Shown: positions 57,124 to 64,000 of the stretch, one piece after another | Position numbering within the stretch: the stretch's first letter is position 1 | How the letters are laid out: every line of letters starts with the position of its first letter | Assembly (NCBI GenBank): GCA_050248855.1 | Contig: JBFWRP010000022.1 | Span: 1 to 64,000 of the forward strand | Length of the DNA stretch: 64,000 nt | Source of the DNA: Planctomycetota bacterium | GTDB lineage: Bacteria; Planctomycetota; PLA2; JAEUHO01 | Direction of reading: 5' to 3' | Made by a program: the position numbers and the translations under genes | The notes under the pieces: model-generated | Databases searched by the model: none | What the model saw: the letters and a program-made list of their open reading frames with translations, nothing else | Told to the model about the DNA's origin: nothing

Positions 57124-58134
57124 TCAATCGCCAAGGAGCTTGCGGCGGAGGAGTTCATCGACGAGGAGCTCGGTGAAGCTGGGCGCGTCCGTGCCGTCCA
57201 GGTGGCTGCCGTCCGGCAGGGGAAAGGCGGCGAGCACAGGGATGCTGGTGGCGTCGAGCGTCGGTGATTCGGCCTCGGCGGCGAAGGCGCGGAACACATC
57301 CTCCACGTGGAGACCCTCCTCGGGGTCGCCGGGCTCGGGGTCATTGAGGGGCATCAGCAGGAAGACGACGCGCCCACCGCGCTTGGCGATCTCTCGAGCC
57401 CACGCATCGGCTTGGCGGGAGCGGCCCCGACTGGCTTCGAGTACCTGCTCGTCGGCCACGCGCCGCCGCGCGACCTCGCGGCGCAGGGCCGCCAGACGAT
57501 CGGCCGGCACGCGGTCGTAGTAGGCCAAGCGCCCGCGGTCGGCCCCCAGCACGACGTGCGTGGGACCGCGGGGCAGCTCGCCGGTCTGGCCGAGGGTGCG
57601 GAGCGCATTGGGCAGGGAGAGGGCGGGCCTCAGGCTCGTGACGTGCGTCTGGACCCAGGTGGCCAGCGCGCGCTCGGTCCGGACGGCAGGCCCCCATGCC
57701 GTGTGGTACGTGCGCAGGTACTCGTGAGCGGCGTCGGGGGGGAAGGAAGAGAAGGGGAGCCACGACACCAGCACCGTGCCGCGGAAGTCCGGGTCGCGGG
57801 CGAGGTCCTCGAGCACGGGATCGCAGAGCGTGCCGTCGATGGCCAGCTGCACGATGGGCCGGCCGGGGAGCTTGCGACGCAGCGTCTCGAGGTGGATGCC
57901 CAGCTGCAGGCGCGAGGCCCCGACCAGGACCACGGCGCCGGGCTCGTACACGCGGCTTCGCTCTTGCGCCCAGAGGCCGGCGTCGTCCACGAGCGCCGGG
58001 GCCAGCGAGCGGCTTCGCCAGAAGTGCTCGAGTGCGCCGACGCAGGCCCCGAAGAGCACCACGGCGAGGAGGGCCGTCCGTCGCCACGGCAGCGAAGGCC
58101 GGCGGCCGTCAGAACTGGAAGTAGATGAAGGCAC
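57124..58134 (-). CDS. Membrane-anchored SGNH-like protein, probable acyl-transfer partner of the MBOAT
   Basis: N-terminal TM; block I-like VLVGASR; C-terminal DxxH (PDGSHL). Overlaps the 3' end of the MBOAT gene. Confidence 0.7.
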   Translation of the reverse strand: MPSSTSSSDGRRPSLPWRRTALLAVVLFGACVGALEHFWRSRSLAPALVDDAGLWAQERSRVYEPGAVVLVGASRLQLGIHLETLRRKLPGRPIVQLAIDGTLCDPVLEDLARDPDFRGTVLVSWLPFSSFPPDAAHEYLRTYHTAWGPAVRTERALATWVQTHVTSLRPALSLPNALRTLGQTGELPRGPTHVVLGADRGRLAYYDRVPADRLAALRREVARRRVADEQVLEASRGRSRQADAWAREIAKRGGRVVFLLMPLNDPEPGDPEEGLHVEDVFRAFAAEAESPTLDATSIPVLAAFPLPDGSHLDGTDAPSFTELLVDELLRRKLLGD

Positions 58135-59530
58135 GATCCTCCCCCGGGTGCAGCAGTAGGGCGAACGCCATGGCGGCCAGCGCGAAGCTCCAGAGCCACC
58201 ACGGCAGCTTGGCCACGATCGACTCCAGGCTCCGCTCGCGCGTGAGGCGGTGCACGGCGACGAGCAGCAGGCCCAACGCGGCGGCGACCAAGGCTCCGTC
58301 CTGGGTCAGACGCGCCACGCCTTGGTCGCCCGCGAACATCGCCCGGAACGTCTCCTGGGTCTGGGCGAACGAGCGGGCACGGAAGGGAACCCACGTCAGC
58401 AACACGCCGGCGAGCGTCAGGATCCACAGGGCCAAGCGCGTGGCCCGATGGCCGGAGATGCGCCAGGCACCGAAGCGCCTGACGACGACACGCTCGAGGA
58501 CGAGCAGTGCCCCGTGCAGCCCCCCCCACGCCACGAAGGTCCACGCGGCCCCGTGCCAGAGACCGCCCAGCAGCATGACGACCATGAGGTTGCGGTACGT
58601 CCGGGCGGCGCTGTCGCGATTGCCGCCGAGCGGGATGTAGAGGTAGTCGCGGAGCCAGAACGAGAGCGACAGGTGCCAGCGCCGCCAGAAGTCGGAGAAT
58701 CCGATCGCACCGTACGGGCGGCGGAAGTTGTCGGGCAGCTCGAAGCCCATCGTCATGGCAAGGCCGATCGCGCACGTGCTGTAGCCCGCGAAGTCGCAGA
58801 AGATCTGGCCCGCGAAGGCCAGCGTCCCGCACCAGGCATCGAGCGCCGTGGGCAGGACGCCGGAGGCGGCAAACAGGCGATCGGCCTGAGGCGCGAACCA
58901 CGCGTCGGCCAGCACCTTCTTCTGGAAGAGGCCGACCAAGAACAGCGAGAGGCCCCACCCCAGCCGGCCGCCGCAGAACCTCGGGGCCTTCTCGAGCTGC
59001 GGGAGGAAGTGGCTGCTGCGCACGATCGGGCCGGCCACCAGCTGCGGGAAGAACGACACGTAGACCGCGAAGTCCAGCGTCGAACTCCAGGCCCGCGAGC
59101 GCCTCAGGTAGACGTCGAGCGTGTAGGAGAGCGTCTGGAACGTGTAGAAGGAGATGCCCACGGGCAGCACCACGTCCCAGACGGGCGGCGCCCAGGCGAG
59201 CCCGAGCTGGCCCAGACCGTCCCGCAGCGACACCAGCAGGAAGCCGCCGTACTTGAAGTAGCCGAGCAGGCCGAGGTTGACGGCGAGGCTTGCGAAGAGG
59301 AAGGCGCGGCGTCGGCCCCCATCGGGCAGCGCGTCGATGCGGCGGGCCACCCAGGCATCCACGATCGTGGAGAGCACGAGCAGGAGGACGAAGGGCGGGT
59401 TCCACGCCGCGTAGAAGAGGTAGCTCGAAACGAGCAGGTGCAGCTTCTTGGCGCGCCACGGAAGCGGCAGCCAGTACACGCCGAAGACCACGGCGAAGAA
59501 GGCCGCGAAGGTCCAGGTGTCAAAGCTCAC
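58109..59530 (-). CDS. MBOAT O-acyltransferase (AlgI/PatA-like)
   Basis: NLGLLGYFKY, LPVGISFYTFQ, FFPQLVAGPI, QIFCDFAGYS, NF.RPY, FWRRWHLSLS.WLRDYLYIPLGG, GGLWHGA, FIYFQF end. Confidence 0.96.
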   Translation of the reverse strand: MSFDTWTFAAFFAVVFGVYWLPLPWRAKKLHLLVSSYLFYAAWNPPFVLLLVLSTIVDAWVARRIDALPDGGRRRAFLFASLAVNLGLLGYFKYGGFLLVSLRDGLGQLGLAWAPPVWDVVLPVGISFYTFQTLSYTLDVYLRRSRAWSSTLDFAVYVSFFPQLVAGPIVRSSHFLPQLEKAPRFCGGRLGWGLSLFLVGLFQKKVLADAWFAPQADRLFAASGVLPTALDAWCGTLAFAGQIFCDFAGYSTCAIGLAMTMGFELPDNFRRPYGAIGFSDFWRRWHLSLSFWLRDYLYIPLGGNRDSAARTYRNLMVVMLLGGLWHGAAWTFVAWGGLHGALLVLERVVVRRFGAWRISGHRATRLALWILTLAGVLLTWVPFRARSFAQTQETFRAMFAGDQGVARLTQDGALVAAALGLLLVAVHRLTRERSLESIVAKLPWWLWSFALAAMAFALLLHPGEDRAFIYFQF

Positions 59531-59662
59531 GGACGCGCGGCCCCGTGGCCCGCGGCGAGGCCGCCTGCGGCCCCCTGCTCGACCCTCCTCACGGACCCGG
59601 ACACGCGTGCTCCTCCCGCAGCACGATCCCCGGCCCCGCCCCGAAGTCCAGCCGCAGGGGCC

Positions 59663-61189
59663 CTACCGTGGGGGTGGGCGTCGGTAGCGCTCCGTGGTGA
59701 CGGCGCCGAAGGCTTGCCGGCCTTCGAAGGCCCAACCGCCTGCGGCCAGCTCGTTTGCCAGCCACGCGCGTCCGTGGTCGACCTGCGGATGGTGGGCAGG
59801 CGTGCCGACGAGCCAGACGTGCTCGCGGCCTGCCAGCAGGGCCTGAAGCGGGGCCCCGTCGAGCTCGGCGCGAAGCCCGTGCCGGCGCGGGTCGGGCGGG
59901 CGTTCGTGGCCCGGCAGCGCGTCGAGGCCGCGAGGAAGGGCCACGACGGTGGGCTTGGCGTCGGGCCAGTAGAAGGAGAGCGCGCGCTCGGACCACGGCG
60001 GCACCACGAGGACGATGTCGTCGGGACCGGCGTCGGCGCGCAGGTGCTCCGCGGCGGCGCTCCAGCGCTCGATCTCGAGGCGCTCCAGTTGACGAGGCAT
60101 GCGCAGCGTCCCGCGCACCACGACGAAGCCCAGCAGCAGCGTGGCCGCGACGAGCAAGGGCCGGCGCTCCAGTCGTGCGACGAACACACCGGCCAGCACG
60201 CACCAAAGGCCGGCGAGCCAAGCCGCGTAACGCGGCTGGGCGAAGCTCCCCGCGGCGGCGAGGGCGACGTACGTGATGCACCACGCCAGGAACGCGGCCA
60301 CGAGTGCGCGACCGTAGGGGCGCCCTGGTTCGGACGCGCACCCACAGCCGGTGAGGCACAGGGCCAAGAGCGGGAGCGAGAGGAGCCAGGCGCCTGCGCC
60401 CAGGGAGCGCCAGGGCGTGAGGTCGACGAGGTGCTCGCGCGCCAGGGCGGCAAGGGCACCACCGCTCCCGTCAAGTCGCGCGAACGCAACCCCGGGTCGC
60501 CCGATCACATCGCGTGCCTGCATCCCCAGCGAGGGGATCCACGGGAGGAGCAGGACGATCGCGATGCCCGCGGCGAGCGCCAAGCCGTGGAGGTCGCGGC
60601 GGAGAGGACGGCTGGCGAGGACGAACGCGGCAAGGGCGATCGCGGCGTGCAGGGCGTAGTAGAAGGCGTACGCACTGGCGCCGAGCAGCACGCCGGCGAG
60701 GACCCACTCGCGCCAGCGCGTGCGCTGCAGGGCGGCAAGCATCGCCACCCAGGCCCAGGCCGAGAGCGCCGCCATGAGCACGATCGGTCGCGCCTCGGCG
60801 GCCGGGCGGGCCAGGTACCAGCTGACGCAGGCGAGCGCGAAGGTGATGGTCCCAGCGCGCCAGCCACCAAGCTGCCTTGCGACGGTGGCAAACCCCGCGG
60901 CGGCCGCGAGCCCCAAGAGCACGGAGAGCCAGCGGACCGCGCCCTCCCCCTGCCCCACCACCTGCATCCAGCCGTGGAGCAGCAGGAAGTAGAGCGGGGG
61001 GTGCGTGTCGCGCTCGGCGAGCGCCGCGGGGATCTCGCCCGCGGGCAGGCTCGCCATGCGGACCGAGAAGACCTCGTCGATCCAGAAGTCGCGATCCAGC
61101 GCCGGGAGGCGGTTCACGAGGTAGAGGGCCAGCAGCGCCAGCCCGACGGACGTGAGGGCGATGCGCGAGCGCTTGGCAGCGACGTCCAT
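59663..61189 (-). CDS. GT-C (PMT/ArnT-like) membrane glycosyltransferase
   Basis: FWIDE after the first TM, DTHPPLYF, VRWLS, AEARP; many TMs and a soluble C-terminal domain. Confidence 0.85.
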   Translation of the reverse strand: MDVAAKRSRIALTSVGLALLALYLVNRLPALDRDFWIDEVFSVRMASLPAGEIPAALAERDTHPPLYFLLLHGWMQVVGQGEGAVRWLSVLLGLAAAAGFATVARQLGGWRAGTITFALACVSWYLARPAAEARPIVLMAALSAWAWVAMLAALQRTRWREWVLAGVLLGASAYAFYYALHAAIALAAFVLASRPLRRDLHGLALAAGIAIVLLLPWIPSLGMQARDVIGRPGVAFARLDGSGGALAALAREHLVDLTPWRSLGAGAWLLSLPLLALCLTGCGCASEPGRPYGRALVAAFLAWCITYVALAAAGSFAQPRYAAWLAGLWCVLAGVFVARLERRPLLVAATLLLGFVVVRGTLRMPRQLERLEIERWSAAAEHLRADAGPDDIVLVVPPWSERALSFYWPDAKPTVVALPRGLDALPGHERPPDPRRHGLRAELDGAPLQALLAGREHVWLVGTPAHHPQVDHGRAWLANELAAGGWAFEGRQAFGAVTTERYRRPPPR

Positions 61190-61265
61190 GCTCCGTCTCC
61201 CTGCTCTGCGCTCGTGCGCGCGACCCGGGAGGCTATCCGGCCGGGTACGAACGACACGCGCGGCG

Positions 61266-62081
61266 TCAGCGAGCGAGCGCCAGGACCTCGATCGGCAGCG
61301 CTGCGCCGTGGGAGAGCCAAGGATCGGGACTGCGCCGGTGGCGGCTGTGGGCGTAGACGATCCCCACCAGCTCGTGCGTGACGGCGTCGAACACGGGGGC
61401 GCCCGAGCTGCCGGGCGGGGCGTCGAAGGCGAGGCCGATCGTGGGGTGGAAGCCCCAGCGCGGCCCCTCGAAGACGAGGTCGTCGCCCTGCGGTCGGTAG
61501 CTTGCTCGCGCGTTCGGCGGCAGGGCGCTCGCGGGATCGCTCGTTACCCGGTACGGGAACAGCACGCGCCGGGGCGTCGTGACATCCAATGGCGCGCCGT
61601 GGGCGTGGTGGGCGACGTAGACCGTCTGGCCTTCGTGGACGCTGGCACGCGCCAGCGGTACGGGCGCTTGCGGGACGGGAGCCGCGAGCACGAGCACCGT
61701 GGCGTCGAGGTCCGGGCCGAGGTCGCGGAAGGCCTTGACGGGTACGCGCGGGCTCGAGCTGTCGCTGCCCGTCCACGCGAAGGCGACCTCGAGGGTCGTG
61801 GCCTGGACGCGCTCGGGCAGCTCGGCGTAGACGCGTGTGACGTGCAGGCACGTCAGGACCTGGTCCGCCGCCACGAGCACGCCCGTGCCGATCGGCCTCC
61901 GTTCCCCTTGCCGGAAGATGGCGGCCGTGGCGTCTACGTTGCGCTCACGGAGCCTTGCCGCGGCGTCGCGTGCGTCGCTCCGCGAGGCGGGCGCGATCGC
62001 CGCCGTCCCCACGAGGAGGACGGCGACGAGTCGCGGGAGCACCTCGGAGCGCCGGGCCGGGAGAGGGCGCAGGGTGTCCAT
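61266..62081 (-). CDS. Secreted trypsin-like serine protease
   Basis: Signal-like N-terminus; GTGVLV..VLTCLHV (His), LDATVLVL (Asp), PGSSGAPV (Ser). Confidence 0.8.
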   Translation of the reverse strand: MDTLRPLPARRSEVLPRLVAVLLVGTAAIAPASRSDARDAAARLRERNVDATAAIFRQGERRPIGTGVLVAADQVLTCLHVTRVYAELPERVQATTLEVAFAWTGSDSSSPRVPVKAFRDLGPDLDATVLVLAAPVPQAPVPLARASVHEGQTVYVAHHAHGAPLDVTTPRRVLFPYRVTSDPASALPPNARASYRPQGDDLVFEGPRWGFHPTIGLAFDAPPGSSGAPVFDAVTHELVGIVYAHSRHRRSPDPWLSHGAALPIEVLALAR

Positions 62082-62089
62082 CGTGCGGC

Positions 62090-62563
62090 CTAGGGCAGCA
62101 CCGGGCTCACGTCGCGAACGACGACCTCGAGGTCCTCGAGGGACTCGACGTGGTCGTAGCTCGTGACGATGTCGTCGAGCATCTCTTGAAGCGAGTTCCC
62201 GCCGGTTCCGAGGTAGCGCGTGGTCAGGGCCACGCTGGTGGCCAGGGGGCCGGGGATCACGTAGCCGCTCGTGGTGATCAGGTACTCGGTACCCTCACCA
62301 TCCGCGGTGCTGTCGGTCACGTAGAGCCATGCTACCGGATGCAGGGGGTCGGTGGAGTAGAAGTCGAAGACACCTCCCCCGTAGCGGCTGCCCAGTCCGG
62401 CTTGGAGCAGCTCGCCGATGGACTTGCTGCTCGGAGCGCAGGTCGAGCTCATCGATGCGGTCGCGGGGGCGCCGTCGTGGAGGAAGGTGCCCATCGCAGC
62501 AAGCAGAAGGAGCCCTGCGAAGGCGCAGATCGGGTAGGGAATGCGATACATCGTGGACCTCAC
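62090..62563 (-). CDS. Hypothetical secreted protein
   Basis: Hydrophobic N-terminus, non-shadow amino-acid composition, co-oriented with the protease 8 nt downstream. Start 62563 or 62551. Confidence 0.6.
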   Translation of the reverse strand: MRSTMYRIPYPICAFAGLLLLAAMGTFLHDGAPATASMSSTCAPSSKSIGELLQAGLGSRYGGGVFDFYSTDPLHPVAWLYVTDSTADGEGTEYLITTSGYVIPGPLATSVALTTRYLGTGGNSLQEMLDDIVTSYDHVESLEDLEVVVRDVSPVLP

Positions 62564-62636
62564 GTCGTTGGGGTGAGCCCGGGTGTGGCCCGGGGGACCG
62601 CAGACGTGCGATCCGTCCTTCGGTTACGGAATCAGG

Positions 62637-64000
62637 TCACCAACCTTGCAGCGCTTCCGAGATCGAGATCGCGAGCAGCGGCATGTCCGGCGGAGCCCCG
62701 ATCTCCGGGGCGCGTCGGCGGACCTGCTCCATCAGCTGCTCCCGGGGTGCGCCCGGGACACGTGCCAGCAGGGCACCCGCACACACCACGACATGCGGGT
62801 TGGGATGGGCGAGGACCTCCGACACCAGCTCGTCCAGGACGTCGTCGGGCACGCCGGGCGGAAGCAACGCCTGAAAGGCACGCATGGTGTAGAGCCACGG
62901 GAGCATGCGCTTCGCTGGATGGGCATCGAGCGCCACGTCGGCGAGCTGCCGGGCCCTGGCCAGGTCGCCAGCGCGCCAGGCGATCTCGGCTTCCAACGTG
63001 GCGAGGCTGGCCACCTCGAGCTTGCTGGCGAAACGCCGCGCGATCTCGACCGACTCCACGTCCGGCTCGAGGGGCTGCCGGGAGCGGTACGCGATGTGGC
63101 GTAGCTGCTCATCGTGGGCGAGCTCGAACTGGGGGATCCTCAAGTCGCGCGCGAGGACGGCTCCTTCCTCGATGGCCTCCCGCGCACCCGCCATGTCCCC
63201 TACGTTGAGCAGGGCTGTCGAGAGGGTCTCCAACGCCCTGAGGCGCGCGGCAGGCGAGACCTGTGCGCCGGTCAGCTGGCGCTGGAGCCTGGCCTCCTCG
63301 GCGTAGTCCTCGGCCAGGTGGGCCTGCCACGCCCGCGTGCCAAGAGCGTAGGGCACGAGCTCGCGATGGCCGGACTCGATGGCGGCTTCCAGCTTGCCTT
63401 GCTCGGCAGCGAGCGCGGACGTCGAGCGCCTCCCCACCATCAGCCGGACGGACGCGACGAGGCGGCGAAGTAGTGGCGTCGGCGCCTCGAGGATCTCGGG
63501 CGCACGATCGAGCGCGTGGGCGTAGTCGGCGTGCATGGCGCGATCCACGGCGTGCGCGACCCGCTCGAGGAAGTGCACGCCCGGATCGGCTGGCAGCAGC
63601 CCCAAGCGGCGGCGCAAGGCGTTGATGGCAGGAGGCGTCGGGGCCAGCAGCGTGGCCGCGAGGACGAGCTCCAAAAGGGGTAGTCGCGCGCGCGAGTCCG
63701 CGGCCCCTGCGAGGGCACGCAGGCCGGCCTCACAGGCCCACACGGCGAGGTCAGGGTCCGACGACACCTCGATGGCGTGCGTGGCCACGTCGACCGCGAC
63801 CGCGGGGACACGAGCGATGTGCGCCGGCGCGGAGAGCAGGACCAGGCGCAGGGGATCGCCGCTCGCCAGCTGGTCGGCCAAGCGTGCGCGAAGCTCCGCG
63901 CCCTCGTCCTCGATGCGTGCGAGCGCTTCCGGGGGGAGGCGCCAGACCCTGGCCTGCGTCCCCGAGGTGTCGGGGAGCCAAGAACCTCGTGCGAGCTCGT
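62637..64000 (-). CDS. Partial gene: C-terminal alpha-helical (TPR-like) region of a large protein
   Basis: The frame stays open from 62637 to the window edge. Ala/Leu/Glu/Arg helical repeats such as LSTALLNVGDMAGAREAIEEG and AWRAGDLARARQLA. Confidence 0.6.
   Translation of the reverse strand, partial: ELARGSWLPDTSGTQARVWRLPPEALARIEDEGAELRARLADQLASGDPLRLVLLSAPAHIARVPAVAVDVATHAIEVSSDPDLAVWACEAGLRALAGAADSRARLPLLELVLAATLLAPTPPAINALRRRLGLLPADPGVHFLERVAHAVDRAMHADYAHALDRAPEILEAPTPLLRRLVASVRLMVGRRSTSALAAEQGKLEAAIESGHRELVPYALGTRAWQAHLAEDYAEEARLQRQLTGAQVSPAARLRALETLSTALLNVGDMAGAREAIEEGAVLARDLRIPQFELAHDEQLRHIAYRSRQPLEPDVESVEIARRFASKLEVASLATLEAEIAWRAGDLARARQLADVALDAHPAKRMLPWLYTMRAFQALLPPGVPDDVLDELVSEVLAHPNPHVVVCAGALLARVPGAPREQLMEQVRRRAPEIGAPPDMPLLAISISEALQGW

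Noticed and set aside
58250..61381. 1043-aa plus-strand ORF and similar long antisense ORFs (e.g. 13980-16043, 17535-19586, 22142-24256, 36030-37979)
   Set aside because: They lie opposite genes with clear family motifs and have no motifs of their own. These are shadow ORFs caused by stop-codon scarcity at high GC.
1..64000. tRNA, rRNA, prophage or defence genes
   Set aside because: None recognised by eye; a covariance-model or HMM scan would be needed to exclude them formally.

Overview
Very GC-rich bacterial DNA, plausibly Planctomycetota. This is an inference from a stand-alone murD with GLGRYGGG, a PEGA lipoprotein-murD-mcsA-mcsB block without ctsR, and Cys/Pro-rich outer-membrane barrels. 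About 55 of the 64 kb form a cell-surface glycan locus. It encodes nucleotide-sugar synthesis (two gmd, fcl, rmlA/C/D/B, an epimerase), a WecA-type priming transferase, and about 13 GT2/GT4/STELLO-like glycosyltransferases. Export genes are two Wza/OPX proteins, a Wzc kinase, a Wzy/WaaL-like membrane protein and a Wzm/Wzt ABC transporter; no Wzx flippase is recognisable. Tailoring enzymes are two AsnB-type amidotransferases, a carbamoyltransferase, three FkbM methyltransferases, an MBOAT plus SGNH-like pair, a deacetylase and an ATP-grasp ligase. The most unusual features are: a Wzc whose periplasmic domain carries six 15-aa DxN/DGN/DG acidic repeats; an ATP-grasp ligase fused to a Wzb-like tyrosine phosphatase; two paralogous lipobox-bearing beta-barrel proteins; a eukaryote-like fatty-acid 2-hydroxylase; REP/REPIN-like intergenic inverted repeats; and an intact frameshift-type IS5 between rmlA and rmlCDB. 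Start codons were refined by eye from the ORF track, and all family calls rest on motif recognition, not database searches.
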